Shown here one piece after another: positions 1 to 14,606 of a stretch of DNA of 64,000 bases. The DNA lies in assembly GCF_056746865.1 (NCBI RefSeq), contig NZ_CM163382.1. One strand, written 5' to 3'. The stretch's first letter is position 1; the number at the start of each line of letters is the position of its first letter. The position numbers were made by a program, and so were the translations under genes. A model generated the notes under the pieces. It did no database searches and was not told the origin of the DNA. It was given only the letters and a program-made list of their open reading frames with translations.

Positions 1-1
1 C

Positions 2-889
2 GTCCAACTGATCAATCAGTTAGGCTATTACATCGTCAGCGGCGGCGGTAAACGTATTCGCCCGATGATTGCTGTACTGGCTGCACGAGCTGTTGGCTAT
101 GAGGGAAATGCGCATGTCACCATTGCTGCCCTGATCGAGTTTATCCACACGGCGACTCTGCTGCACGACGACGTTGTGGATGAATCAGATATGCGCAGGG
201 GTAAAGCTACCGCCAACGCCGCATTTGGCAATGCCGCCAGCGTGCTGGTAGGCGATTTTATTTATACCCGCGCGTTCCAGATGATGACCAGCCTCGGCTC
301 GCTCAAAGTGCTGGAAGTCATGTCAGAAGCCGTAAACGTCATCGCAGAAGGTGAAGTTCTGCAACTGATGAACGTTAACGATCCGGACATCACTGAAGAA
401 AACTACATGCGCGTTATCTATAGCAAAACCGCGCGTCTGTTTGAGGCTGCCGCGCAGTGTTCCGGGATTCTGGCTGGCTGTACGCCGGAGGAGGAGAAAG
501 GCCTGCAGGATTATGGGCGCTATCTCGGCACTGCTTTCCAGTTGATCGACGATTTACTCGATTACAATGCCGATGGCGAACAGTTAGGTAAAAACGTCGG
601 CGACGATCTGAACGAAGGTAAACCGACGCTGCCGCTGCTGCATGCAATGCATCATGGCACACCAGAACAGGCACAGATGATTCGTACCGCCATCGAACAG
701 GGTAACGGTCGCCATCTTCTGGAACCGGTTCTGGAAGCAATGAACGCTTGTGGATCTCTTGAATGGACGCGTCAGCGTGCCGAGGAAGAAGCAGACAAAG
801 CCATCGCAGCGTTACAGGTGCTCCCGGACACCCCGTGGCGAGAAGCACTCATCGGCCTCGCGCACATCGCTGTTCAACGCGATCGTTAA
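2..889 (+). CDS. ispB: octaprenyl-diphosphate synthase, 5'-truncated by window edge
   Basis: Frame open from nt 2; translation (…LINQLGYYIVSGGGKRIRPMIAVLAARAVGY…DDxxD motifs…VQRDR*) matches polyprenyl synthase IspB; stop at 887-889. Confidence 0.9.
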   Translation, partial: VQLINQLGYYIVSGGGKRIRPMIAVLAARAVGYEGNAHVTIAALIEFIHTATLLHDDVVDESDMRRGKATANAAFGNAASVLVGDFIYTRAFQMMTSLGSLKVLEVMSEAVNVIAEGEVLQLMNVNDPDITEENYMRVIYSKTARLFEAAAQCSGILAGCTPEEEKGLQDYGRYLGTAFQLIDDLLDYNADGEQLGKNVGDDLNEGKPTLPLLHAMHHGTPEQAQMIRTAIEQGNGRHLLEPVLEAMNACGSLEWTRQRAEEEADKAIAALQVLPDTPWREALIGLAHIAVQRDR

Positions 890-1115
890 TCCCCTCCCCT
901 CATCCCGCGCAGCGCGCGGGATGATTCCAGTAAATTCCATAAAAACACTTATTCAGCTCTATAACACCTGAAAATAGGGCTGTACATCTTTATATATTCT
1001 GAATATTCACACTCTTTACAGGAACTTTTTAGAGCAATAGGCCATCAGGAGTATAGTGATGCTCGACAGAAGAAGTGTTCTGAATGAAAGCGACTAACTT
1101 AAGGAGTGAGGAAAG

Positions 1116-1394
1116 ATGGAAAGTAATTTCATTGACTGGCATCCCGCTGACATCATTGCGGGTTTGCGCAAGAAGGGAACGTCAATGGCGGCGGAATCTC
1201 GCAGAAATGGTTTGAGTTCCTCAACGCTGGCGAACGCATTATCGCGCCCCTGGCCGAAAGGAGAGATGATTATTGCGAAAGCCCTGGGAACTGACCCCTG
1301 GATTATCTGGCCATCTCGCTACCATGATCCGCTGACCCATGAGTTTATCGACAGAACGCAGTTGATACGTAGCTACACTAAACCGAAAAAATGA
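1116..1394 (+). CDS. sfsB: Ner-like DNA-binding protein (sugar fermentation stimulation protein B)
   Basis: 92-aa ORF MESNFIDWHPADIIAGLRKKG…; Ner/Nlp family, expected between ispB and murA. Confidence 0.85.
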   Translation: MESNFIDWHPADIIAGLRKKGTSMAAESRRNGLSSSTLANALSRPWPKGEMIIAKALGTDPWIIWPSRYHDPLTHEFIDRTQLIRSYTKPKK

Positions 1395-1441
1395 GTGGTC
1401 TGGCGGTAGCCCCGCGAACGGGGCTGCCAGCTCTCAGACGA

Positions 1442-2701
<1,260 letters not shown>

Positions 2702-2755
2702 TTAGTTTGTTCTCAGTTAACAATTCATATCCGCTACCGGCGAATCGCCCATAGC

Positions 2756-3010
2756 TCAAAAGCCGTTCAGTTTGCGATCGCGCGCCCACTCCGCAGGGGT
2801 ATACGCTTTGATCGACACAGCATGAATGCGGTTATCCGCAATATATTCCATCAGCGGCCCATAGACCGTCTGCTGTTTTTTAACCCGACTCATGCCGTCA
2901 AACAACTCACCCACGGCAATAACCTGAAAGTGGCTGCCATCGCCGGAAACGTGGACTTCCTGGAGGGAGAGAGCGTTCATCAACACGCTCTGAATTTCAT
3001 TATTTTCCAT
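2756..3010 (-). CDS. ibaG: BolA-family acid-stress protein IbaG (YrbA)
   Basis: ORF track 2756..3025; start trimmed to internal Met ([14 protein letters not shown]…, 84 aa). Confidence 0.8.
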
Positions 3011-3129
3011 GGGATCTTCAATCATCAGTTAATAAACCAGCGAAACATCTTAGAGCAAAGTTGCGCTGGCATAAATAAGCAAAAAGCCTCGCTGATAAAT
3101 CAGACAAGGCTCGACTTGCAGGCAGGTTT

Positions 3130-3159
3130 GCCGGACAGGCGTTAACGCCATATCCGGCC
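3130..3159. repeat. REP-like palindromic element between ibaG and mlaB
   Basis: GCCGGACAGGCGTTAACGCCATATCCGGCC. Confidence 0.5.
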
Positions 3160-3168
3160 TGAAAAAAT

Positions 3169-3461
3169 TTAACGAGGCAGAACATCAGCAGGCAAATTAT
3201 ACAATTTCGCCAGGGTATACACTTTATCGTTTACCCCCTGAAGCGTCACGTTGTTGCCCTGCTTTTTCGCCAGATCGATAAGATGGAGCAGCAGTGCCAG
3301 TCCACCCGTATCCACGCGGGACACACGGCTAAGATCGATGCAGGTAATCCCCTTCACCGCTTCCTCACGCATTTCCCAAAGCGGTAGCAGAACGTCCTGA
3401 TCCAGCTCTCCGGATAGCGCCAGCGTGTCACCCGTCTGCATCCAGCTCAGTGACTCGCTCA

Positions 3462-3462
<1 letters not shown>
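3169..3462 (-). CDS. mlaB: Mla phospholipid transport STAS-domain protein
   Basis: 97-aa product MSESLSWMQTGDTLALSGELD… from internal Met of ORF 3169..3558; start overlaps mlaC stop. Confidence 0.85.
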
Positions 3463-4115
<653 letters not shown>

Positions 4116-4667
4116 TTATTTCGTTGTACCCACAGGTTCAGTGGTTTCATTATTACCTGGCGCAGCAGCTGGCGCATCGCCACTATTCTTATTGTCATCG
4201 CCTTTACTACCGTAAAGGAACTGACCAATAAGATCTTCCAGCACCATCGCAGACTTGGTGTCCTGAATTGTATCGCCATCCTTCAGGATAGCAGTCCCCA
4301 GTTCCGGGTCTTCAAAACCGACGTTTAATGCCAGATATTGTTCCCCCAGCAGGCCGGAAGTACGAATGCTCAGCGAACTGGTATCAGGAATGTGGTTATA
4401 ACGTTGTTCAATTTCCAGCGTTACGCGCGGCAGATAGGTTTTCGGGTCCAGCGTAATATCCGCCACCCGGCCCACAACAACACCACCAATGCTGACCGGA
4501 GAGCGCGCTTTCAGGCCGCCAATGTTATCGAACGTCGCATAAAGCGTGTAGGTCGGTTCAGTACGTATGGACGTCACGTTCGCCGCCTTCAGGCAAACAA
4601 ACAGCGCCGCCAGTAGTGCTGCTAATAAAAAGATACCCACCCAAATTTCATTTTTTTTCGTTTGCAT
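4116..4667 (-). CDS. mlaD: Mla MCE-domain inner-membrane protein
   Basis: Start at internal Met MQTKKNEIWVGIFLLAALL… (183 aa) of ORF 4116..4682. Confidence 0.9.
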   Translation of the reverse strand: MQTKKNEIWVGIFLLAALLAALFVCLKAANVTSIRTEPTYTLYATFDNIGGLKARSPVSIGGVVVGRVADITLDPKTYLPRVTLEIEQRYNHIPDTSSLSIRTSGLLGEQYLALNVGFEDPELGTAILKDGDTIQDTKSAMVLEDLIGQFLYGSKGDDNKNSGDAPAAAPGNNETTEPVGTTK

Positions 4668-4671
4668 GAAC

Positions 4672-6271
<1,600 letters not shown>

Positions 6272-6480
6272 AATTCACCCTTCGTCTTGCGTTGATTTTC
6301 TAAGCATGGCGCTCAATTTAACCTTGAACCCAACATATTTACAGAATATTACCCGCCGTGGTTAGCGAAAGCTGGCATTTGTTTTACTTTTTAGCCGCAT
6401 AAAGTCAAAATTAAGAATCCGTTACGGCTTTCTGAAAATCTTCAGCGGACCGGCGAGTATACCTGAAGAAAGGACGTTAG

Positions 6481-7458
6481 ATGCTTTTAGCTACGGCACT
6501 GTTAATTGTTGGTTTACTTTTGGTCGTTTACAGTGCCGACCGCCTGGTTTTTGCCGCGTCTATTCTTTGCCGAACCTTTGGCATCCCGCCGCTGATCATC
6601 GGCATGACGGTGGTCAGTATTGGTACATCGTTACCAGAAATCATCGTCTCGCTTGCCGCGTCTCTGCACGAACAACGCGATTTAGCCGTTGGTACAGCCC
6701 TCGGCTCAAACATTATCAATATATTGCTGATCCTCGGTCTGGCTGCGCTGGTTCGTCCTTTTACCGTCCATTCTGATGTTCTACGCCGTGAATTACCCTT
6801 AATGTTGTTGGTCAGCGTGGTGGCCGGTTCCGTACTCTATGACGGACAACTTAGTCGCAGCGATGGTATCTTTCTCCTCTTTCTGGCTGTGCTATGGCTG
6901 CTGTTCATTGTTAAACTTGCACGTCAGGCTGAACGTCAGGGGACTGACAGTCTGACCAGAGAGCAGCTTGCAGAGCTGCCGCGTGAAGGTGGATTGCCCG
7001 TCGCGTTTTTATGGCTCGGCATTGCGCTTATCATCATGCCAGTGGCCACGCGGATGGTGGTTGATAACGCCACGGTGCTGGCGAATTACTTTGCCATCAG
7101 CGAGTTGACGATGGGGCTGACGGCAATTGCTATCGGAACCAGCCTGCCGGAACTGGCAACCGCAATAGCGGGGGTTCGCAAAGGTGAAAACGACATTGCT
7201 GTCGGAAACATCATTGGCGCAAACATTTTTAATATTGTCATCGTGTTGGGTTTACCCGCGCTGATAACGCCAGGAGAGATTGATCCACTGGCGTACAGTC
7301 GTGACTACAGCGTGATGTTGCTGGTGAGCATTATTTTTGCGTTGCTGTGCTGGCGGCGCTCCCCGCAATCGGGCCGTGGTGTAGGGGTATTATTAACTGG
7401 CGGATTTATCGTATGGCTGGCGATGTTGTACTGGTTATCGCCAATACTCGTTGAATAA
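6481..7458 (+). CDS. yrbG: Na+/Ca2+ exchanger-family inner membrane protein
   Basis: 325-aa hydrophobic ORF with duplicated GTSLPE motifs (CaCA family). Confidence 0.9.
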   Translation: MLLATALLIVGLLLVVYSADRLVFAASILCRTFGIPPLIIGMTVVSIGTSLPEIIVSLAASLHEQRDLAVGTALGSNIINILLILGLAALVRPFTVHSDVLRRELPLMLLVSVVAGSVLYDGQLSRSDGIFLLFLAVLWLLFIVKLARQAERQGTDSLTREQLAELPREGGLPVAFLWLGIALIIMPVATRMVVDNATVLANYFAISELTMGLTAIAIGTSLPELATAIAGVRKGENDIAVGNIIGANIFNIVIVLGLPALITPGEIDPLAYSRDYSVMLLVSIIFALLCWRRSPQSGRGVGVLLTGGFIVWLAMLYWLSPILVE

Positions 7459-7471
7459 CTGGAAACGCATT

Positions 7472-8458
7472 ATGTCGCACGTAGAGTTACAACCGGGTTT
7501 TGACTTTCAGCAAGCAGGTAAAGAAGTCCTGGCGATTGAACGTGAATGCCTGGCGGAGCTTGATCAATACATCAATCAGAATTTCACGCTTGCCTGTGAA
7601 AAGATGTTCTGGTGTAAAGGGAAAGTTGTCGTCATGGGGATGGGGAAATCGGGGCATATTGGGCGCAAAATGGCGGCAACGTTTGCCAGCACCGGTACAC
7701 CTTCATTTTTCGTCCATCCTGGTGAAGCCGCGCATGGTGATTTAGGCATGGTCACCCCACAGGATGTGGTGATTGCTATCTCTAACTCAGGTGAATCCAG
7801 CGAAATCACGGCCTTAATTCCAGTGCTTAAGCGTCTTCACGTACCGTTAATCTGCATCACCGGTCGCCCGGAGAGCAGCATGGCGCGCGCCGCAGATGTG
7901 CATCTGTGTGTTAAAGTAGCGAAAGAAGCCTGTCCGTTAGGGCTGGCACCGACCAGCAGCACCACCGCCACGCTGGTTATGGGCGATGCCCTCGCTGTCG
8001 CGCTGTTAAAAGCACGCGGCTTTACTGCTGAAGATTTTGCGCTCTCACATCCAGGCGGCGCACTGGGTCGTAAACTTCTGCTGCGCGTAAACGATATTAT
8101 GCATACGGGCGATGAGATCCCGCATGTTAAGAAAACGGCCAGTCTGCGTGACGCATTGCTGGAAGTTACCCGCAAAAATCTTGGTATGACTGTCATTTGC
8201 GATGACAATATGATGATTGAAGGCATCTTTACCGACGGTGATTTACGCCGTGTCTTCGATATGGGCGTGGATGTTCGTCAGTTAAGTATTTCCGATGTTA
8301 TGACGCCGGGGGGAATACGTGTGCGCCCTGGCATTCTGGCCGTTGAGGCACTGAACTTAATGCAGTCCCGCCATATCACCTCCGTGATGGTTGCCGATGG
8401 CGACCATTTACTCGGTGTGTTACATATGCATGATTTACTGCGTGCAGGCGTAGTGTAA
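7472..8458 (+). CDS. kdsD: D-arabinose 5-phosphate isomerase
   Basis: Start at internal Met MSHVELQPGFDF… (328 aa); SIS domain plus C-terminal CBS pair. Confidence 0.9.
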   Translation: MSHVELQPGFDFQQAGKEVLAIERECLAELDQYINQNFTLACEKMFWCKGKVVVMGMGKSGHIGRKMAATFASTGTPSFFVHPGEAAHGDLGMVTPQDVVIAISNSGESSEITALIPVLKRLHVPLICITGRPESSMARAADVHLCVKVAKEACPLGLAPTSSTTATLVMGDALAVALLKARGFTAEDFALSHPGGALGRKLLLRVNDIMHTGDEIPHVKKTASLRDALLEVTRKNLGMTVICDDNMMIEGIFTDGDLRRVFDMGVDVRQLSISDVMTPGGIRVRPGILAVEALNLMQSRHITSVMVADGDHLLGVLHMHDLLRAGVV

Positions 8459-8478
8459 AGATTCAAGGATAAACAACA

Positions 8479-9045
8479 ATGAGCAAAGCAGGTGCGTCGC
8501 TTGCGACCTGTTACGGCCCTGTCAGCGCCGACGTTATAGCAAAAGCAGAGAACATTCGTCTGCTGATCCTCGATGTCGATGGCGTACTGTCAGATGGCCT
8601 GATTTATATGGGCAATAATGGCGAAGAGCTGAAAGCGTTCAATGTTCGTGACGGTTATGGCATTCGTTGTGCGCTCACCTCTGATATTGAAGTCGCTATC
8701 ATTACCGGGCGAAAGGCTAAACTGGTAGAAGATCGTTGTGCCACATTGGGGATCACTCACTTGTATCAGGGGCAGTCAAACAAACTGATCGCCTTTAGCG
8801 ATTTGCTGGAAAAACTGGCGATTGCCCCGGAAAATGTGGCTTATGTCGGCGATGATCTCATCGACTGGCCGGTAATGGAAAAAGTGGGTTTAAGCGTCGC
8901 CGTGGCCGATGCGCATCCACTGTTGCTCCCGCGCGCCGATTACGTGACGCGCATTGCTGGCGGTCGTGGTGCAGTGCGTGAAGTTTGCGACTTATTACTC
9001 CTGGCGCAGGGCAAACTGGATGAAGCCAAAGGGCAATCGATATGA
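8479..9045 (+). CDS. kdsC: KDO-8-phosphate phosphatase
   Basis: 188-aa HAD-family ORF (LLILDVDGVLSDG…). Confidence 0.9.
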   Translation: MSKAGASLATCYGPVSADVIAKAENIRLLILDVDGVLSDGLIYMGNNGEELKAFNVRDGYGIRCALTSDIEVAIITGRKAKLVEDRCATLGITHLYQGQSNKLIAFSDLLEKLAIAPENVAYVGDDLIDWPVMEKVGLSVAVADAHPLLLPRADYVTRIAGGRGAVREVCDLLLLAQGKLDEAKGQSI

Positions 9046-9617
9046 GTAAAGCCAGACGTTGGGTTATCATTGTGCTATCACTGGCGGTTCTGGTGATGAT
9101 CGGCATTAATATGGCCGAAAAAGACGATACCGCCCAGGTGGTCGTCAACAACAATGATCCCACCTATAAAAGCGAGCATACGGACACGCTCGTCTATAAC
9201 CCAGAAGGGGCACTAAGCTATCGATTGATTGCTCAACACGTTGAATATTATTCCGATCAGGCCGTTTCGTGGTTTACGCAGCCGGTACTTACCACGTTTG
9301 ATAAGGATAAAATCCCGACATGGTCCGTAAAAGCAGATAAAGCCAAGCTGACCAATGACCGGATGCTCTATTTATATGGACACGTTGAAGTCAACGCACT
9401 TGTGCCGGACTCTCAACTTCGCAGAATCACGACGGATAACGCGCAGATCAATCTGGTGACGCAGGATGTTACCTCTGAAGACCTCGTCACGTTATACGGA
9501 ACAACATTTAACTCCAGCGGTCTGAAAATGCGCGGCAACTTACGCAGCAAGAACGCCGAGCTGATTGAAAAGGTTAGAACATCCTATGAAATTCAAAACA
9601 AACAAACTCAGCCTTAA
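9042..9617 (+). CDS. lptC: LPS export system protein LptC
   Basis: 191-aa ORF with N-terminal TM helix; overlaps kdsC stop by 4 nt. Confidence 0.9.
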   Translation: MSKARRWVIIVLSLAVLVMIGINMAEKDDTAQVVVNNNDPTYKSEHTDTLVYNPEGALSYRLIAQHVEYYSDQAVSWFTQPVLTTFDKDKIPTWSVKADKAKLTNDRMLYLYGHVEVNALVPDSQLRRITTDNAQINLVTQDVTSEDLVTLYGTTFNSSGLKMRGNLRSKNAELIEKVRTSYEIQNKQTQP

Positions 9618-10143
9618 TCTTGTGCTTGCCAGCTCACTTCTGGCCGCCAGCATTCCGGCATTTGCCGTAACCGGAGACACTGATCAGCCGATCCACATTG
9701 AATCGGACCAGCAATCTCTTGATATGCAAGGCAACGTGGTTACCTTTACCGGTAATGTCATCGTCACCCAGGGCACCATCAAAATTAATGCCGACAAAGT
9801 GGTCGTTACCCGTCCGGGCGGCGAACAAGGTAAAGAAGTGATTGACGGCTACGGTAAACCGGCAACGTTCTACCAGATGCAGGACAATGGTAAACCCGTT
9901 GAAGGTCACGCTTCCCAGATGCACTACGAACTGGCAAAAGATTTTGTCGTTCTGACGGGTAATGCTTATCTGCAGCAGGTCGATAGCAACATTAAGGGCG
10001 ATAAGATCACTTACCTGGTGAAAGAGCAGAAAATGCAGGCTTTCAGCGACAAAGGTAAGCGCGTAACCACCGTTCTGGTGCCGTCGCAGCTGCAGGACAA
10101 AAACAACAAAGGCCAGACCCCGGCACAGAAGAAGGGTAATTAA
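9586..10143 (+). CDS. lptA: LPS export periplasmic protein LptA
   Basis: Start at internal Met MKFKTNKLSLNLVLASSLLAASIPAFA (185 aa); overlaps lptC 3' end. Confidence 0.9.
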   Translation: MKFKTNKLSLNLVLASSLLAASIPAFAVTGDTDQPIHIESDQQSLDMQGNVVTFTGNVIVTQGTIKINADKVVVTRPGGEQGKEVIDGYGKPATFYQMQDNGKPVEGHASQMHYELAKDFVVLTGNAYLQQVDSNIKGDKITYLVKEQKMQAFSDKGKRVTTVLVPSQLQDKNNKGQTPAQKKGN

Positions 10144-10149
10144 TTCGTT

Positions 10150-10875
10150 ATGGCAACATTAACTGCAAAGAACCTTGCAAAAGCCTATAAAGGCCGTCGC
10201 GTGGTAGAAGACGTCAGCCTGACCGTCAACTCCGGGGAAATTGTCGGTCTGCTGGGGCCAAACGGTGCCGGTAAGACCACCACTTTCTACATGGTTGTAG
10301 GCATTGTGCCGCGCGATGCGGGCAACATCATTATTGATGATGACGATATCAGTCTGCTGCCTCTGCATGCACGCGCGCGCCGCGGTATCGGCTATCTGCC
10401 ACAGGAAGCCTCCATTTTCCGTCGCCTCAGCGTTTACGATAACCTGATGGCGGTACTGCAAATTCGTGACGACTTGTCTGCTGAACAACGTGAAGACCGC
10501 GCGAACGAGCTGATGGAAGAGTTTCACATTGAGCACCTGCGTGACAGCATGGGGCAGTCACTCTCCGGGGGTGAACGTCGCCGTGTAGAAATTGCCCGCG
10601 CACTGGCTGCGAATCCGAAATTTATTCTGCTCGACGAACCGTTTGCCGGGGTTGACCCGATCTCGGTTATCGACATTAAACGCATCATTGAGCACCTGCG
10701 CGACAGCGGCCTGGGCGTACTGATCACTGACCACAACGTGCGTGAAACACTGGCGGTTTGTGAACGCGCTTATATCGTCAGTCAGGGGCATTTGATCGCC
10801 CACGGCACGCCTACAGAAATCTTACAAGACGAACACGTTAAGCGTGTATACCTTGGGGAAGACTTCAGACTCTGA
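10150..10875 (+). CDS. lptB: LPS export ABC transporter ATPase
   Basis: 241-aa ORF; Walker [18 protein letters not shown], Walker [12 protein letters not shown]. Confidence 0.95.
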
Positions 10876-10922
10876 TAGGGTAGAAGTTTGCGACGTTTTA
10901 GCAGGAGAGTACGATTCTGAAC

Positions 10923-12356
10923 ATGAAGCAAGGTTTGCAACTCAGGCTTAGCCAACAACTGGCGATGACGCCACAGCTCCAACAGGCAATTCGTCTGTTG
11001 CAGTTGTCGACGCTGGAACTTCAGCAGGAGCTACAGCAGGCGCTGGAGAGTAATCCGCTGCTTGAGCAAATCGACACTCATGAAGAAATCGACACCCGCG
11101 AAACGCAAGACAGTGAAACACTGGACACCGCCGACGCGCTCGAACAAAAAGAGATGCCGGAAGAGCTGCCGCTCGATGCCAGTTGGGACACCATTTACAC
11201 CGCTGGTACACCATCCGGCACCAGCGGTGACTACATTGACGACGAGCTGCCGGTCTATCAGGGCGAAACGACGCAGACCTTGCAGGATTACCTGATGTGG
11301 CAGGTCGAGCTGACACCGTTTTCCGATACTGACCGCGCCATTGCTACCTCTATCGTCGATGCCGTTGATGACACCGGTTATCTGACTGTCCCGCTGGAAG
11401 ATATTCTCGAAAGTATGGGCGATGAAGAGATCGACATCGACGAAGTTGAAGCCGTCCTTAAGCGGATCCAACGGTTTGATCCGGTCGGTGTGGCGGCAAA
11501 AGATCTGCGTGACTGCCTGCTGATCCAACTCTCCCAATTCGATAAAACCACGCCGTGGCTGGAAGAGGCCAGACTGATTATTAGCGATCATCTCGATCTG
11601 TTAGCCAATCACGACTTCCGCACTTTAATGCGCGTCACGCGTCTGAAAGAAGATGTGCTGAAAGAAGCCGTCAATCTGATCCAGTCGCTCGATCCGCGCC
11701 CCGGGCAGTCGATCCAGACGGGCGAACCTGAGTATGTCATTCCAGATGTGCTGGTGCGTAAGCATAACGGTCACTGGACGGTAGAACTCAACAGTGACAG
11801 CATTCCGCGTCTGCAAATCAACCAGCACTACGCCTCGATGTGCAATAACGCGCGCAACGATGGTGACAGCCAGTTTATCCGCAGCAATCTGCAGGATGCC
11901 AAATGGTTGATCAAGAGTCTGGAAAGCCGTAACGATACGCTACTGCGCGTGAGTCGCTGTATCGTTGAACAGCAGCAAGCCTTCTTTGAGCAAGGCGAAG
12001 AATATATGAAACCGATGGTACTGGCCGATATCGCCCAGGCTGTCGAAATGCATGAATCGACGATATCTCGCGTGACCACGCAAAAATACCTGCATAGTCC
12101 ACGAGGCATTTTTGAACTGAAGTATTTCTTTTCCAGTCACGTCAATACCGAGGGCGGCGGCGAAGCCTCCTCCACGGCGATTCGTGCGCTGGTGAAGAAA
12201 TTAATCGCGGCGGAAAACCCAGCGAAACCGTTGAGCGACAGCAAGTTAACCTCTTTGCTGTCGGAACAAGGTATCATGGTGGCACGCCGCACTGTTGCGA
12301 AGTACCGAGAGTCTTTATCCATTCCGCCGTCAAACCAGCGTAAACAGCTCGTTTGA
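10923..12356 (+). CDS. rpoN: RNA polymerase sigma-54 factor
   Basis: 477-aa ORF; Gln-rich N-terminus [33 protein letters not shown] and C-terminal RpoN box. Confidence 0.95.
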   Translation: MKQGLQLRLSQQLAMTPQLQQAIRLLQLSTLELQQELQQALESNPLLEQIDTHEEIDTRETQDSETLDTADALEQKEMPEELPLDASWDTIYTAGTPSGTSGDYIDDELPVYQGETTQTLQDYLMWQVELTPFSDTDRAIATSIVDAVDDTGYLTVPLEDILESMGDEEIDIDEVEAVLKRIQRFDPVGVAAKDLRDCLLIQLSQFDKTTPWLEEARLIISDHLDLLANHDFRTLMRVTRLKEDVLKEAVNLIQSLDPRPGQSIQTGEPEYVIPDVLVRKHNGHWTVELNSDSIPRLQINQHYASMCNNARNDGDSQFIRSNLQDAKWLIKSLESRNDTLLRVSRCIVEQQQAFFEQGEEYMKPMVLADIAQAVEMHESTISRVTTQKYLHSPRGIFELKYFFSSHVNTEGGGEASSTAIRALVKKLIAAENPAKPLSDSKLTSLLSEQGIMVARRTVAKYRESLSIPPSNQRKQLV

Positions 12357-12378
12357 CCCAACCGATAAGGAAGACACT

Positions 12379-12666
12379 ATGCAGCTCAACATTACCGGAA
12401 ATAACGTCGAGATCACCGAGGCACTGCGCGAATTTGTTACAGCCAAATTTGCCAAACTTGAGCAATATTTTGACCGAATCAACCAGGTCTATGTTGTTCT
12501 GAAAGTGGAGAAAGTCACCCACACCTCAGATGCAACACTGCATGTAAACGGTGGTGAAATTCATGCCAGCGCGGAAGGTCAGGACATGTACGCTGCCATT
12601 GATGGCTTAATTGATAAGCTGGCACGCCAGTTGACCAAACATAAAGATAAACTGAAACAACACTAA
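12379..12666 (+). CDS. hpf: ribosome hibernation promoting factor
   Basis: Start at internal Met MQLNITGNNVEITEALREF… (95 aa). Confidence 0.9.
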   Translation: MQLNITGNNVEITEALREFVTAKFAKLEQYFDRINQVYVVLKVEKVTHTSDATLHVNGGEIHASAEGQDMYAAIDGLIDKLARQLTKHKDKLKQH

Positions 12667-12783
12667 TTGTCCGGGCAATTAGCATGTGCATGGCGGCCTG
12701 TTGTGCGGCACAACGGGCCATTTGTACGGTTAATGCTCCGAGCCTGTTCCACTGTTTGAGTGGGCAGGTTCTTAGGTGAAATT

Positions 12784-13275
12784 ATGACAAATAATGATAC
12801 AACTCTACAGCTTAGCAGTGTTCTTAACAGGGAATGTACGCGAAGCCGCGTCCACTGTCAGAGCAAAAAACGCGCCCTGGAAATCATCAGCGAGCTGGCG
12901 GCGAAACAACTTAGTCTGCCGCCTCAGGTGGTTTTTGAAGCTATCCTGACGCGGGAAAAAATGGGCAGTACCGGTATCGGCAATGGTATTGCCATTCCGC
13001 ATGGCAAACTGGAAGAAGATACTCTTCGCGCCGTTGGCGTTTTCGTTCAGCTCGAAACGCCTATAGCTTTCGATGCCATCGACAACCAACCGGTGGATTT
13101 ACTTTTTGCCCTGCTGGTGCCGGCAGACCAAACTAAAACGCACCTGCATACTCTGTCACTGGTGGCGAAACGTCTGGCGGACAAAACCATCTGCCGCCGT
13201 TTACGCGCAGCCCAGAGCGATGAAGAGCTGTATCAAATCATTACGGATACCGAAGGTACTCCGGATGAAGCGTAG
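12784..13275 (+). CDS. ptsN: nitrogen PTS EIIA(Ntr)
   Basis: Start at internal Met MTNNDTTLQLSSVL… (163 aa); EIIA fold motifs. Confidence 0.9.
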   Translation: MTNNDTTLQLSSVLNRECTRSRVHCQSKKRALEIISELAAKQLSLPPQVVFEAILTREKMGSTGIGNGIAIPHGKLEEDTLRAVGVFVQLETPIAFDAIDNQPVDLLFALLVPADQTKTHLHTLSLVAKRLADKTICRRLRAAQSDEELYQIITDTEGTPDEA

Positions 13276-13320
13276 TTATTCGGTAATGTCTCTTTTAGAC
13301 GTTGTGAGGAGAAACAGTAC

Positions 13321-14175
13321 ATGGTACTGATGATCGTCAGCGGACGTTCAGGTTCAGGTAAATCTGTCGCCCTGCGTGCGCTGGAAGATATGGGTTTTTA
13401 CTGCGTGGATAACCTTCCCGTAGTGTTGTTACCCGATCTGGCTCGAACTCTGGCCGATCGCGAGATTTCTGCCGCCGTCAGCATTGATGTTCGTAATATG
13501 CCGGAGTCACCAGAAATATTCGAACAGGCGATGAGTAACCTGCCTGACGCTTTCTCACCGCAACTCCTGTTCCTGGATGCCGACCGTAATACCTTAATTC
13601 GTCGTTACAGTGACACGCGCCGACTGCATCCGCTTTCCAGCAAAAACCTGTCGCTGGAAAGTGCTATCGACAAAGAAAGCGATTTGCTGGAGCCTCTGCG
13701 TTCGCGAGCGGATCTGATTGTCGATACCTCAGAAATGTCCGTTCACGAGCTGGCAGAAATGCTGCGTACCCGTCTGCTGGGTAAACGTGAACGTGAACTG
13801 ACCATGGTCTTTGAGTCTTTCGGCTTCAAACACGGTATCCCTATCGATGCAGATTACGTCTTTGACGTGCGCTTCTTGCCGAACCCGCACTGGGATCCGA
13901 AACTGCGTCCAATGACAGGTCTTGATAAGCCCGTCGCCGCGTTCCTCGACCGCCACACAGAAGTACACAATTTTATCTACCAGACGCGAAGCTATCTTGA
14001 GCTATGGTTACCTATGCTGGAAACCAACAACCGTAGCTACCTGACGGTCGCCATTGGTTGTACCGGCGGGAAGCACCGTTCGGTGTATATTGCAGAGCAA
14101 CTGGCAGACTACTTCCGCTCGCGCGGTAAAAATGTCCAGTCACGCCATCGTACGCTGGAAAAACGTAAACCATGA
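13321..14175 (+). CDS. rapZ: RNase adaptor protein RapZ (P-loop NTPase)
   Basis: 284-aa ORF; Walker A GRSGSGKS near N-terminus. Confidence 0.9.
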
Positions 14176-14444
14176 CCGTCAAGCAAACTGTTGAAATCAC
14201 AAACAAGCTGGGCATGCATGCCCGGCCTGCAATGAAGCTGTTTGAATTAATGCAAGGTTTTGACGCTGAAGTGCTGTTACGTAATGACGAAGGCACCGAG
14301 GCTGAAGCCAACAGCGTTATTGCGCTGCTGATGTTGGATTCTGCCAAAGGACGGCAGATTGAAGTTGAAGCGACCGGTCCACAGGAAGAGGAAGCACTGG
14401 CCGCCGTTATCGCCCTCTTTAACTCTGGTTTTGATGAAGATTAA
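14172..14444 (+). CDS. npr: nitrogen-related HPr-like phosphocarrier NPr
   Basis: 90-aa [27 protein letters not shown]… (HPr fold, active His); 4-nt overlap with rapZ. Confidence 0.9.
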
Positions 14445-14589
14445 TCTTCATCACTTTGACATTCAAATCCCTTCAAGCTCCCCCGGCAATAAGAAAAGCG
14501 CGTACTGAAATCGTTCTCAATCAACGTCAATTGTACATTTCGTGCGCTTTTTACTTTCAGAAGAACCTTAAGAAAACCTTAAGAAGCAT

Positions 14590-14606
14590 TGTTTAGGTTT
14601 CGTTTA
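14590..14606 (+). promoter_or_regulatory. PhoP-box-like direct repeat upstream of yrbL
   Basis: TGTTTAGGTTTCGTTTA = (T/G)GTTTA-N5-(T/C)GTTTA about 50 bp upstream of the yrbL ATG. Confidence 0.5.

Noticed and set aside
902-922. GC palindrome ATCCCGCGCAGCGCGCGGGAT after ispB as a terminator
   Set aside because: Perfect stem but no downstream U-tract, so it cannot be called an intrinsic terminator from sequence; could be a Rho-dependent or structural element.
414-971. ORFs 414..848 (−) and 750..971 (+) overlapping the ispB 3' region
   Set aside because: Overlap the well-supported ispB frame or its terminator region; no RBS or conservation cues.
11031-11591. 186-aa minus-strand ORF inside rpoN
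   Set aside because: Antisense to rpoN; spurious.
12286-12305. TGGCAC motif resembling the −24 element of a sigma-54 promoter near the rpoN 3' end
   Set aside because: No correctly spaced −12 GC element (TTGCA) follows, so it does not fit the bipartite sigma-54 consensus.
14470-14545. Possible terminator hairpin after npr
   Set aside because: The arms (AAGCGCGTAC … GTGCGCTTTTT) pair only imperfectly across a long loop; not convincing enough to call.
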